The notes beneath the pieces are model-generated. The model was given only the letters and a program-made list of their open reading frames with translations, was not told where the DNA came from and searched no databases. Source: Balanoglossus misakiensis (lineage: Eukaryota > Animalia > Hemichordata). From it: 64,000 nucleotides of DNA. Both the position numbers and the translations under genes were made by a program. Below are positions 26,001 through 40,383 of this stretch, piece after piece. The stretch lies in contig CM082586.2 of the NCBI GenBank assembly GCA_040954595.2, positions 2,175,124 through 2,239,123 on the forward strand, written 5' to 3'. Numbering within the stretch: the first letter of the stretch is position 1; every line of letters starts with the position of its first letter.

Positions 26001-29000
26001 ATGCAAAGAGGCAAGTAAATACATCCCTGCATCATAAATTGAGATTGTTATGATTAAAAGTGCTGTGGATAGACTTTAATTTGGCTGATTACACAAATCC
26101 ATATGTTGTGAAACGTCAGGTGCTGTACATGTACTTTAGAAATTCGTGAACAGAAGATTTGACTGTTTTGTTTGTACAAGATAAATGCACTGTGTGCAGA
26201 TAATAGCGAAATGTGGGTGTTTCAGTCATGACCAAGGTCACTAGGTTCATGTGCACTGCTGGAATGTCCTTGAAAGTCCATGGAAAAAAAATGAAATTTG
26301 ATATTCCTGTAAAATGGATTCAGCCACCTGTGAAGTACAAAATTTGATAAGTGATCACCTCATGCTGTCATAAAACTGTGAAAAATCTTTCCACAGTGTG
26401 TCCAGGAAGACAAATCTTGCTCAGTTAGACCAGGAAGATGCATTTTAAACCAGAAATGCACCATTTATTAAAATAGGGGAAATCGCTGAAAAGTGGCTTA
26501 ATTCTCACTACCTTCAATAGATTTTTGCTCCCTAGGTGAGTGATAAAATTATGTGATTTGACCACATAGCATGAAATAAAGAAGTATTCCTGTGTGAATA
26601 ACTTGTGACTTCCAAATATACCCTGGTAACATCACTCTTTCTTTTACAGTGTTGGTACATTTTTAATCTGTTGTTTATGGTCAGTTGGATCTGCTGGCTT
26701 GGTAAAAATAAAACAGTGCTGTGATGTGTGTTTTTAGCTCGCTTTTATACACCACTTATAGAAGATGCACGCAGCTTTGTCATGTGGTTTTCACCAACAA
26801 ATAATGCGCAGCTGGAGATAATCTCCTATATTTTGGTGTCCAGGTGTTCCTCAAGTCCACAGCCAAAATTAACTGCCGAAAACATATGTGTATTAAACAG
26901 CCAGCAACTGCAGTACATGTATGTCCTTTACTGAAATAGACCCACTGAAATACGAAAACAAAATTACAAAATAATATTCAGTATAAAACATATAAACTCA
27001 TCAACCAGAACAGTTCCTCAACAAATGGTTTAATTTATTGTGATACACAGAAAGTGCATATTTGAGTTTGTGGAGAATGAAGGGAATTGCAAGGTGACCA
27101 TTCCTTCAGGAGCCAAAGTCGCTGCGTCCATAGAGAGCAAGAATGCAAATTAATTAATATTAATTCAGCCCAGAGAGACCCGCATACTGGCAGAAGCCAA
27201 TGACCTACCAGGCAATATGTGATCCCGGCATATGTGTGCTGGGGCAAGGCATGAATAATGCATTGCGTGGTTGTGAGTTAACGAGTGGAATTTTTGTCCC
27301 TTCAGGATTGTAGACTTTCGCTGCCATTTTTCGTATAGTCTGTATCCTTGTTTCCATTCCTGGCAGGACACGGATTTGAATTTCTATTATCTACGAAACC
27401 TGTTCCTATCACCTCTCCTGATTGAAAATTTGCGACTGAAACATATTACATGCTGGATGACCACTTGTGATATTCATGAGCCTTGATACTGATTCATTTA
27501 GAGTCCGGAAAACCTGTCTTGACTTGACACGCACAAATTTCCAAACATTTTAATACCAACATTGTATAGTCTGCACAAAGAAAACCCGCATGCAAATTTT
27601 CAGTGTTTTTGGAGGCTTCAGAGTTGCAAGCTAATCGCCAACAAGATTCCAAAAAGTCAAAATATTTCACGGCCGGCTGAATGCAACAAGCGTGCTGATT
27701 CGTTCAAAAGCATGAGCAGAACCGCACACTGCATCGTGATGCTTCCAGGGAATTTTATAAGCAAATCATTCCTGTGAGTGGCTATAGGGCATTTCCATCA
27801 GAGGGGGGCAGAAAAGGATACATACATGAAAGAATTTCATCTAGACGGCTTATATCCAAGCAGCTAAGATGGAACCTGTGGGTTTCGAAATTTAATCAGT
27901 TCCAGTCGGTGGTCAGGAAAGGTCACCGTTTGCAAAGTGAGAATTTTCCTCCATAAGATGATAGGATTGGGGATAATCATATTTAATCTCCGCGTACAAT
28001 CACTCTAATTTAGTTTCAATCTCGCAGTAGACAGTTCCCACATTTGCTGAATTCTCAGTTTGAATTTTTTACGTCCTCTGCGCTAGCCGGGGACATCCAT
28101 CACACGAACCCAAACCTCAGATTGGATGACATGAAACTGGAAAGTGGCACCGACCAGTTCATTCACATCTCTGCTTCCAATTAAGAGCCGGGATCATTGC
28201 CTGAGCTATGCACAGGCTCTGTTGATTTATTTCAGAGACACTTTCATACGACAAAAGGTTACATCTTGTAGAGGTAAAGGAGTTGCCATGAAATTCCTCG
28301 CATCTTACGAAGGCCGTGACATCTCTTTGAATTGTTAAGTACGTGCCCCATTGGTCACGCATCACTCATGCATAAAATTAATTTCTCGTACGACAGGCAA
28401 AGCTCTCCGTCTATATTTCATTTGAAGGGGCGCACTTTCTTGTGTTGACGTAGCAAGTCTATTCGCCGCTACTTTGCGATTTTTTCCCGTATGAGTGGAG
28501 TGTGTTTGTCAGTTTCTGGAGAGAAAAAAAATGCTACATCAGACGGAGCACGCACTCCGAACAGACATGACGTCGTTTTTTTCGCTGTGGCAGTATATCG
28601 CCAGTGGATAGACTGCAACTATTCTGTTGTGATAATAATTACAAGCTGATAGGTAAACACTGATTGGATGCAGGAAGAGACATGAAAGGGGGAAAGAAAA
28701 AATATTTAGCCTCACTGCGATAATATTTAGAAAACCCTTCCATGATGGGGAAAATGTATGTTTAATTTTGTTGGGCAATTAACGAAACATGGCTGCAGAT
28801 GCTCTCTGTTAGACACGACTCAATTGCGTTTATAGTCATAGTTGTAATTGATCACAATCATTGTGCTTGATGTGTTCATTTCAGCATTTGGACCTGAAAA
28901 TATTGATTAATTGAATTTTCCATAAAAAATCAAAATGGGTTTGTGTTTTAACTAAAAGGAAAAATGTATGGTTCAGATTATATGTCTAGATTTTTTTCTT

Positions 29001-32000
29001 TCAAAAACAGAAAAAAATGTCTTATCTGATTTGAAACATTTCTAGGAGAAGATTTCAACGAAGGCATGACAGCCAAAATGAGACATAGACAACGTCTGTC
29101 TTCATGAGTCTTTCAGGCAATTTGCCAGAGGCATCTTAAGTAATGGTATATGAATATTCTCGCCTCAGTAACTAACTCCTCTCTCATTAACATGACTTTC
29201 TCTTTTGAAGTTTCGGTCTTTAACTTTTTGACTTTAAGACAGAAGTTTAATTACAGTACAATCAAGACATTAACTTGAAAAATAAATTGATGTCAAATAT
29301 AGGTTGATATAAATACATTGGTCGAGATCAAAGGATGTTTCAAATGACACAGCATTAACCTGTTGATGAAAATCATTTTATGAAATATGCGAAGATGAAT
29401 TTCAGCCTCGTTAACTTTTTTTAAATTGTCAAAATAATTACAAGAGATGCTGAATTGGGGAGAAGAATGCATATATGCACATAATTGATTTTATTCTCCT
29501 TCCTATGAATCCATCTAGTAAATAATTTCAGCGCAAAAATGTGAGAAATACAGAAACTACTACGGGAGATGAAATGGGTCCGACGGTTTTGTATTCAATC
29601 GCATGGCTACTAGTCGCGCAACTGTAACATTGAACTCTGCGATACGTGTATTTACATTTAAATAATATGCAGGGTGTCGAGTTCCATCGGCATTGCTGAT
29701 GCAAAGAGCTGCGGCGAACTCTCAACGGAGAAAAGCTTGTGTCTTGATTCGCCAAGGGATTTGCACAGCGTCAACGGTAGTCAAAGCTTCCTTCTGCTCA
29801 CTAATTGAATTTCGGCATAAAAGAAACTCCGTTGTAACATGTTTCAATATTTGTTTTGAATTTTTATACAGGGGAATTAGCGTGGCTGCGCGAGATTGCT
29901 TGCTTCTGCACGGAGGCTTGATGAAACATTTTATGGTTTCTTTTGTTGTGGAAAGAAATGATAATTACATACTAAACAGGAGGATGATGAGCGCATTCTG
30001 AACATCACAGAGCGCTGACTTGCTCTTTATCCGAAATATCATTTTCAAAAATTAATGGCGTTATACGGACTTTTGCTGAAGCGGAAAGTTTGCGATCGAA
30101 ACATCGTTTTTTATCTCATTTGTTTGATATCCAGTCGATAAATGAATGGTCATTATTTATTCATGCTTCTTCAAAAAAATGAAACAAAATAAAAATCAGT
30201 GACATTTGAGAAATTTCTGTTTGAAATTCTGCTTTCATGTTAAAAAGCAGTCAGCCAAATGTGGGTGTACCTATATTCCTAGAATTGATGATTTGCAATC
30301 GAATCATGTACACTGAGGAATTTAAAATAACAGACCACATTGTAGTGTTGTTATGGCGCTGGAGTCTATTTTTGTATGTGTGTATGCTGTGAAAATATAA
30401 CACATGGTTAAAAAATTAGACAAAATGAATAAAATAATCCATGATTTTGTTGGCAATGATGAGTCTGGGTATCTATCGGAATGATGCGGAAAATAATAAT
30501 GGTAGATATATACCAGTGTAACTAAGGGGTTATCCGTATCTGATGTAAATCAATACTTTAGGCGTGTGCAAATTTGTATTCTGTGATATGTTTGTAATAG
30601 AGATTACTGATATGTTTGAGTGTTGTGGCCATCACTATGTAGGACTATACCATAGGTACTGGACCTGAATGTTCTTTGGTGCAAGGTTACATTTTCTTTC
30701 CCTGTGAGAGATGCGGTCTTAGTGCCGCATCACTGAAAGTGGAACCATGTACCAGGCAGTCATGTTTTAATAGTAAAACGTAGTGATATGGTTCGCTTCA
30801 TCTATTACAGTTTTTGTACATGCACATGTAGATTCTTTGTTAGGATTTTCTTTGTTCCTCAGTTTTTGAGCCGAAGCTTTTTAAAAGACTGTTCTAATCG
30901 TAAGGATGGTCTTGAAACTCAACATAATGTGCGAACTATAATCCACCAAGGTGGCGATTTCATTCACTCTATTGCGAGGGAAAATTTTGACATGGATTGC
31001 CATATGGCCAAGACATGAATTTGCAAGTGTGTGTTTACGCAAGATGAAAAGGCTGCAGATGAAATAAAAGCAGGCGATAATCGTTTCACCGACAGCTACA
31101 TGTAGCTGCGAAATATTTTAATCACATCAGATGCGATGTTATCTGTGTTGGTTTTCAAAAGATGATTTTGTTGAAGTAATTATATACGTAGGAGAAATTC
31201 TCTAATTAACCAAGCGATTTGTAGGAGCAGGGCACGCAGAGTTCATGGTGTGTCCTATATAGCGGAGAGACGGCAGAATTTATTCATGTATGTAGTTGAG
31301 CTCAGATCAACAGGGTAATTCTGCAACCGAGACCCAGCCTCTCAATTCCCAGCTCATGCATAAAACAAGAAACGTCCATCATAAGCCAGTCTCTGAGGAA
31401 TCTTAGCAAAATATGTTGCTGACATTGGCTCTTGCTTGTGTCCACAGCTTTTTTTTCATCCGTGCAAGTGCATACATACACATGTACATAATGGTAAATA
31501 CTCAAATAGGTTGCTTTTGTATAGTATTGGCTGTAGTTTTAACTTCACAGTATTAGTCATAGATCTGCCTGAGATCACTATGATAGCTTGCTGGTTCCGA
31601 CAATTGATGGAAAAGTGACATTCAATCAACAGGAGGAAACTAACAACAAATGATTCACCACAAACAGACGGAAGAACAGAATTCGTCCTCTGACTCTCTC
31701 AGCAACATGTGGGGGGAAACTTGCAAAGGCAATCAAAGCAATTTTATAAACGTGATGTGTGGAGTGACAGTGATTCAGTCATAGTCATCGTGATCATGAA
31801 AGGACACCCTGGCTGTAATAAGTTTGAAGAGAGTTTTATTGCTGGTTATTCAGCCTGTGTCATTATTGGCAAGGACATCTTGTTTTATCATTCACAGAAA
31901 TGACATACTCGGTGGCAAGGCCAGGTTTATGGTTCTAGGGCTTCCTGGATGAGTCAGCTGTTTTTTGTTGAGCTGTTTTTTCGTTATGATCACTGCCTGC

Positions 32001-34681
32001 GTCTTTACCTGGCTGGAAAGCTGCAATACCACGTACATGCAGTGTTGTGCCATTGGTGTTTGGCCGTCAACAGCTGCAGCCTAGCCTCCAGTTTATGAGG
32101 TCTCTTATCCTGTCAAAATTTAATGTCTGTGACACTGGAGGTGACAGATGAAAGCGACCAATATAGTTCAATTTCCCATAATTTTGAAGTGCCAGTATGT
32201 TCTGTATGATTGCTTGAATGGTATGTCGGCACTGAGTAGTCAAGGTTATGTCGAATTCGAATTCTGCAGCAAGTGTAGCAGATAGATCGAGCTAGCTTCT
32301 CTGTATGTAACCCTTTCCCCACTGCAGCAAAGAATAAACACTTGTCCTGTAGTGCAACAAAATCCACCAGCCTTCAACCACCTACGTGTAGAATTCCATT
32401 TCACACTTGTAAACACTGTGTACACGATGAACCTTGTGATAAGATTTTATCAGTGTGGCATCTATTTTCATTTTTTGAACATATATGTCTGACATTTCTG
32501 ATATTTCCTCTCTAATTGAATTTTAAAAGCTTTTATCAATGTGGTAGGTATCACATGCCGCAATTGAACGTATTTAATGAATGATCAGTATTTTGGTAGA
32601 AATCCGTGGAAATATGGAAGTGAAGAAGAAACTAGAAAACACAATTCTTTGCATAGTTAGAATGTGAAAATGAAATTATGTGTGTTATACTGTGCCATGA
32701 CATACTAGTACATACCGATAAATCAGACGATAACAGTACACTTACTGAAAGTTATGTACACGTTTGTGTTAAGAAAAAAATAAGCTACTTGAGTTGAATA
32801 AAAACAAAAGATTTTCTCCTGCCAGGAAATAGTGTATCAGCAAAAATCAATGGCATAATGTGTACAGAGACTGAGCTGCTCTATTATAGAGTAAATACAG
32901 TGGGCGGCTATATGACTCCTCATTTACATAATGTTCCATTGGTTAATTTAATTTCAGCCTGAAATACACGGTGTTTGATTGAAACGAACATGTGTCCATG
33001 TTGTAATTCTCCATCGGCGAGCCTCTCCCAAATTCAATTTGTAACCCATCTGCAAAGAATATACACTCCTCTTCCGATTTGTGCCGTGCGTTGATGCCAT
33101 TTGCTTTTTTTTGTCTTTCAGTTAATTCATCTCTGTTAGATTTCATCCAGTTTATTGGATTTAAAATGTAAAACAGCCATTAAATTCGGACAACATGAAA
33201 TAAGCATGATCGATAATGTTGTAATTGTATTCATGGAGCAATTAAGCTCTTGAAGTATTACATTTACCAGTGGAGGAGGTGTGCTATAGATTAATATTTT
33301 AATCCTCACTGATGTGCAGACAGAAAGAGTAATTTAGGACTTTTTAAATGGTAATGACAGATATTGATTCCTCCTTTGTCTTTCTCAGAGCGAGAATTAA
33401 TGAATCCCAATTCTTAAAAATCTGGCGCAAACGACTGATATCATTTGACAAGGTTGTTCTTTCTGCTGATCATAAAAATGATTTTCTCTGCAAAATTATG
33501 TTGCTTTGGCCTTCAACAGGTATATTTGCTTGTGAAAAAAATGTATGGTGGGACGACATGTCAGCTCTGGAGAAAATATGGCTGCCTGTAGAAATTACAC
33601 ATTCCGCTCACAAATTTCTTGGAAAATGACCTTCTCGAACGTTCTAATGTGTTACCAAAAGCAAATTAATAATCTGGCAAGTGAGAAAAAAAGGGGAAAC
33701 AAAAGAGAGAGGAGAATGTTCACTTCAAATAATGCCTGGCTTTGATACGTTTTCGTTTCGTGTAATCATGGTAGGAATTTAATTATAAAATTGATTAACG
33801 CTATAATGGGAGAAGATGCAGTAGGAGAAGATGAAAGCTTAATGGCAGCTAGCTAGGACGTATGCATAGTTTATTGCATACTGCGTATCGAACTTTTAAA
33901 TAAGCTGATTTTTTTTTCTGATCTCAAGAGTTGTACGTTTGCGGTTCCCCTTGAAACGCGCTTGTAAAATGTGACAACTTCTTCAGGATGGAGGAAATCA
34001 AAAGCACAGACGCCAATACAAGGCACTCTCGCAATGAAGGAGCCATGAAATTTAATGGGCAAAAACCATATTTGCCACTTGAAAATCTGGGAAATATGTT
34101 ATTGAAATGGCCGTCAAAGTGAATATGTCCGTCCATGGGGAGTTCTGTTTTTCTTAGTAGCTGCTGTTGACCCCATTTACAGAAAGGTCACCTATGCTGC
34201 TGTATCATTACGTGGTTCATTTATGCGCTGAAATGTCTCCAATTTACGTAAACAAAATGAGATTTAATCGCGGGCGTACCTTGTTCTATTCTAGAGGCTA
34301 TTCCGTGGTTAAATTTGCCCATTTCCACGATTATGAGTGGCCACATCAGCACATTCTCACCCCAGTTGCTTCATTTAAACAATGATAGATTATACTGATT
34401 TTTCCCGATTTTTCCCCCTGCGTGAAATCCCAGTACCTCAGTTGTAGCACTAGTTGTCTTATTAAAAAATCTGATTAGATTGTGATGATCACTAGGGTGT
34501 TGCCTCGAAATGTTAATATTACCTACAAGGTTGTGTTTGTGTTACTGTGATTGTATTATTAAAATTATGCTTTTTTTACCCGATTCTTTAAGAATGACAT
34601 GGCGATTGGTGAGTGGCTGTATAAATGAACAGACATGCATCTCACATGATCCAGGACCTCACGTCTCTTCTTCAAGAGCAA

Positions 34682-34695
34682 GTTGCCATGGCGAC
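34682..34695. promoter_or_regulatory. RFX X-box motif GTTGCCATGGCGAC
   Basis: 13/14 match to the palindromic RFX site GTTGCCATGGCAAC. Confidence 0.5.
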
Positions 34696-35239
34696 CAGAC
34701 AAGTCGACGACAGGATTGGCTATGTCTGCACTGTGCATGTGTGTGTATGCCATGTATGTGTGTGTGTGTGAAATTGGTCAGAATGATACAACGGTCCTTA
34801 TTTTCATTGGGAGTGTTCAGCGCATCTCTAATAAGCCTTATTAAATTTATGGTAAACCTCCATTGAATTATGCAGGCTATTGCCACCGTTAGAGCTGTTT
34901 GCAATTTTCATCGAAATTGCCAGAGTAAATGGAGTTTAGTGCTGTTCTGTTTATGATGCCAAAGCCTTAGGGGAGACGTGCAGGTTAACAGTTGAACATA
35001 CATGTAATTTTGCGAAAAGGCTCCAGTGGTTGCAATGATAATATGTTGTAGTGTAAGAACTGATAGTGATTGAAAAGCACACCTGAAAATTAGCATAATT
35101 ATAAAATGATAGATATTGTTTAGTGATGCTTGTCTCGATTTCAAAACCTAGTACTAGTTCGTTGTCAAGAAAATAAAAAAAATCATTGTAAAGTTTCATC
35201 ACGAAGTTCGCAAATCCACTTCATATTGGAAACCTATGC

Positions 35240-35564
35240 TTTATTGCCTATTATATTATACCAGTATATTGATGGTGTAAATCACGCTATTTGATTGGTC
35301 GAGACACGACACGTGACCGTGATATATTAGCCATATACCACAGTCATATATCATAGTTAAAGAAAATGCCTTTTTAAAATGTTTTATGCAAAGTTTCAAT
35401 ATACTGGCATAATATAATAGCAATAAAACACCCCCAGCCATGGTATACCACTCGATTTTGACCAGTTCAACTCCATATACGCACTCGCTATCGCTCGTGC
35501 GTATATGTCGTGAACTGGTCAAAATCTCGTGATATACCATGGCTGGGGGTGTTTTATTGCTTAA
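35240..35564. mobile_element. Non-autonomous double-hairpin DNA element (Crypton-like)
   Basis: IR pair 1: 35248-35272 with 35396-35420 (25 bp, 1 mismatch). IR pair 2: 35419-35447 with 35533-35561 (29 bp perfect), extending inward as an imperfect hairpin to ~35490. TTTATTGC occurs at both ends with its complement in the middle. The family assignment is recalled resemblance, not a database hit. Confidence 0.7.
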
Positions 35565-38500
35565 GTGTATTCACTCTGTGAAATTTCATGATTTGCAGTG
35601 AAACCCAGCACTTTGAGTTGAATGTCATTTTAAACTTCAAATGTTCTTTTTTTTGGTCTTGTCTTCTTTCGATTCGCCTATTCAGGCACTAGTCGTGGTC
35701 GCATAAATGGAATTTAGCATTCACCATACGTCATGTCTTAAAAGGATAACCATGTTTTGTGATTTTTTATCAAATGAATCCTACCTGTAATCTGATTGAG
35801 ATACAGCATCGCGCAAACCCCACCAATCTTCCAGAGAGCATCGTTTTACAGCGGACATGATAAAATCAAACTATTGAATTTCACATTCTCAAATAACGAA
35901 ATCAAGATGATAGCAATTTGTTACAGGTTATATTAAATCAAATGTGATGACAGCTAATTTCTTGCTCTAGAAACCATGACTGGTAAAGTTACCCCAAAAA
36001 ATGTCATTAAATTCTGGGCGCGATTTGTTTACGGCTATTGAATCTTGTATTTGTTGCTGTTCAAAATGCCAATACTTCTTCCCTTTGATTTATTCTGGAA
36101 CATTGAATATTGGAGTGACGTGTGTAAAAATACATGTGATGAGCTAAGCATTATGGGTAACAAATGTCATCCACCCACAGAATTGTGTCTTGAAAATCAA
36201 CAATGACTGCCTGAGGAAAAACCTATGATAAACTTTACTTCTACCATGATATTGACATTTACACATTGATTTGATTATTGAATTAATAAATATATTAGCT
36301 ATTTATAGTAGAGAACAATTTAGTGATTTTTTGGCTCCCATTTTATACATGTGTGTACATGGGTACCAATAGGAACTTGTGATCAGTCAGTCAGTCAGTC
36401 TGATGAAGTGGAATACCACACATGATTCTAATCAAATGGGAGCACAGTGTCCTTGACACTATTTTGGAGAGTATATGTCAGCAACATTGGCTTTTGAATT
36501 GTTAAGGCACGCACACTGTGCAGTGGTGATGCAATTATTAATTCGTTTGATGAATTCCTTCACATACATTGTAGGTGCGTTGCAATACTTGAAATGATAA
36601 ATTTGTGGAATTGGTCAAATTCTGATAACAGAATGGCCACAATTTGCTACTGACGCTGAAAAGTGGTCAAAATTATAACCCCTGCCCATGGACCCTAACC
36701 TGTGCAGTAGTTTGCATAATACTGCTGTAAGTCTATTAAAAGGGGAATTTAATCAGGAAAGGCGCCTAGACCCCCGAAGCGTATTTATAAGAAGCAAATC
36801 TGTTAATAATCTCCCCACAACTCTTTCTAAGCCGCATGCAGGTATATGGATTACAGGTAATCTGTTCACTGAAAATTAGGATTATTTAAATGAATGTGTA
36901 CTATTGCTAGGGAGGTATTTGTCTGTCGTCTAAGCCTAGTGAAGGCTGGTACATTGGTCACATTTGCTGCGGAACTATCGAAGGATTAATTCCTTGGATC
37001 GTGAAACATCAATGTTACATACAGCACGCCATTTGCCTGGGTTTTAGTCAGGCATCAGACAGAGGGCTTATTTTGATGTCGGATCTTGACCCAGAAATGG
37101 ATTGAAACTGAAACAGCCTGCTTTGAGCTATGAGTGAACTTAACCAAAGCTAGAATGTTTAATGAAAAAAATCTATATCTGTCAACGTAAAATGTGTACA
37201 CCTGCAAGTTTCACTAGAAATTTATGTCAAGGTGAAAAATATCTGTTTCGGTGTCATATTTGTACTAATAAATTGCCCCCATTAGCAATAATTGGGCTGC
37301 TATTTTAGTGCAAAGTTTAATACCCTACAAGCTGTGATGGTAAATATAAATATTATGGAATTGCTGTATATAGTGAAATAAAATACGTAAGAAATAGGAG
37401 AGGGGTGATGGATACACAATTTCTTGCTTTGAAATGAAAATACAGGGACCATCAAATATGTTGTGCAGCCATGCGTTGTTTATGGTGATGACGTGAACAA
37501 AGTGACTGTCGTGTTCATCAGTCACGACTGAAAGAAACTTTTTTTTCAAAGGTCAAAGACATCATCTGTTGACGTTATCTAATGAGCTGTCAATCCCTGT
37601 GAGTGTGTCAGTCGTTCAAGTCATTCTGTCGTGAGAATCGTAAAAGTGAGCTAGCTTCCTGGAGTTGGCACTGTGCCATCCCCCCACCCTCCCACACACC
37701 ACCAACAAGCACTATCATGTACCCATCAGATATCAATAATAGTGCAGTTAATCAATCAATCAATCAATGTTAATTTATCAAAGTGTTTAAATTGTTTGGT
37801 TGTGTAAAGTGGTTTTATTTCATATCCGTCACAAGTCTCTGATTGGATTTCTGAAATTCTCCGCTCTGAAACATTCCAAACGGCCGGTTTCAATTTCCGA
37901 TTATGTCCATAAGTTCAGAGTACAGTGCACGCAAATCAATTTTCCCTGTTTGGTATCGTGTAATATGAGAGTGAGAGTGTGAGAGAAAAGGTGATACGCT
38001 GAAATTAACAGCTGTACTCTGCGTACCACAGCCTACGACGTACTACAAGTGGGCAGGTGGACACCGCCGTTGAATTCGACCAGAAGGCAGCGTCCATCAT
38101 ACGAATCACACTGACCTCTGGCAGATTTGAGTAGCAATAATTTTTAAAAATGTTAATCAGAAAATAGATATAATTTTAACAAATGTTATAAATCAGAAAT
38201 GCTTATCAGAAAATAAACATAATTTTAACATTCTGCATTTTGGGTAAAATGCCTGGTTTGTCATGCTTGTGTGAAGATGGAACATACATGCATATGTCAT
38301 TGCTTTCAAGAGACGAGACTGTGCAGTTTGATGAACAGACTGCGATTACGAAGGATGAGACTGTAGCCTGATGTGACTTTATTACAACAATGACATAGCC
38401 GAGCTGAAATTGACTTTCCTAAAGTGGCAGCAATTAAAAACAAAAACGTCAGTGCTGGAAGTGAGTATCGATTGGAGGGTTTGTTCCGCCTGATTACCCC

Positions 38501-39075
38501 ACCTGAGTTTTTACGAGACCATATCCCACGTTGTCTATTTTAGTAGCCGTTTGGATGAATTGTGCTGGTGAGCCTCAAACCCACACACAACTGTGTCCCC
38601 TAAAGTTTTAATTACATTTGAATATTATAATTCTCACAACCTTCAATAGAATTTTGCCACCTTTTAAACTGAGAGAAGTCATGAAATTCAGGTAACACAT
38701 CTCTTCAAACTCTTGCTGTACATTGAGTTGTCCACCTTTTTACCCACAATGCAAGCATTATGATTTTAACCCCCTAGCACAAAGTAAAAGTTAAAGTAGC
38801 CTGAATTGCTTAGTGCCATCGTCATTGTGTCCGAGTTTTATGGCATAAACCATGGCACGGACATGCCAAGTCATTTCCACAAAACACAGTTTTCATGGGT
38901 TATGATTTATAAGTTCTAGACATAAATGCCTTAGAGAATGGACATGGGAGGATGTAAATGTGTTTTCATTTTATCTGAATGGTATTTTATGATCATCCAC
39001 AAAGGAATGGAATTACTAATTTTTCCGGCATAAAATCTTTGATTCACAAATTAGACTATAAATCACACGTTTTAT

Positions 39076-39149
39076 AATGTGTACGGCATTCACAAGAAAA
39101 ATTAAGATAAGAATGTGTACGGCATTCACAAGAAAAATTAAGATAAGAA
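39076..39149. repeat. Perfect 36-bp tandem duplication
   Basis: aatgtgtacggcattcacaagaaaaattaagataag x2 (39076-39111 and 39112-39147). Confidence 0.97.
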
Positions 39150-39667
39150 GAAATATATCTTTGTAAAATTACTGAATCAGTTTTACTAGCAGTTATTATC
39201 AGAAAGATAAAATAAACACCATCTGATATTTTATTCATTTGACTGTGCGTGCACACGTTTCCTGCAATGTCCCCATTTGTGGCCATAATAGTGACATCAC
39301 ATAGTGATTTATGATCATTGCAATTCACACACAATAAAAGCATTTTGTTAAGAAGAGCAAAAAAACAAACAAACATAGACAAAACAACAAGTAACAGATG
39401 TGGTGTGGTGACTAGTCACTGTCTGACCACTTAGTCAACATCTGTCTGACAACAATAATTCACCAGCATGGAAACTGTCAGACATGATTACTTGTCAGAA
39501 AAGTTATTAATTAGTCCTTCGAATCTATTTATGGAGTATCAATGATGGCATGGAAGCATTTGGGGATACAGTCTGAATTTGTGTTAGTTTTTTTTTTTTT
39601 TGTTTCATGTGAGCGTGAAATTATTTGTTTCATTCCATGCTCTATCATCAGTTATAAGAGTTACACT

Positions 39668-39866
39668 TTAAAGGTGCACTATATGTAAATCCTGTGATGA
39701 CATCATTTCTGGTGTGTACCTTAAATTATGTCATTGATGTATATGTACGTGGGTTAAATTTGTCTCTGCGAGCATTGCAAGAGACAAGTTTCCAAAATGT
39801 TTCAGTCAGCATGTATCAAAAATGAAGAAAATATAAAATGTTGACATTGCTACATTGTCCCTTTAA
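39668..39866. mobile_element. Possible old TTAA-flanked MITE (Kolobok-like ends)
   Basis: TTAA-AGGTGCACTATA ... TACATTGTCCCT-TTAA. The imperfect inverted ends match at 8 of 12 positions inside the TTAAs. Confidence 0.3.
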
Positions 39867-40383
39867 ATAGATGTACTAGCAGTTAAATGCCATTAGGCTG
39901 AAACGAAAACTGGAAATGAAATATCATATGCCGTCTGAGCTGTGGAAGTTTAATGAGTCTGTCAGAAGAATTATTGGGAGTAAATTTATTGATGGCGAAA
40001 TAAGCAAAATTTTTCATCAAGAAGTGTTTGAACTGCAGTCTGTGTTAATCATGTTAAATATCTCGCCTGGTTGAATTATTGCATTTTATCGTGTGCATAG
40101 TAATTGCCTCAGAATTAAATAGTGAGAAATTACTTTTTTTTGCATCAGAATGCAGTGTAGCAAATATGGCACTTCCACAAGAGAATATGCAGCCACTTTT
40201 CGGTTTTTGACACTTCCGGCACTTCGAAAATTGCTAAATAAAGCACGCGCACGAATTTAAAGAAACACTGAAATTAATTACTCTGAAATAATGTCAGCTT
40301 CGCAAATATAGATTTAACATAATGGAACTGGGAACTGAACAGTTCTATAGTGACCGCGGGGAGTCCATAGACTGAAGTGTGTT

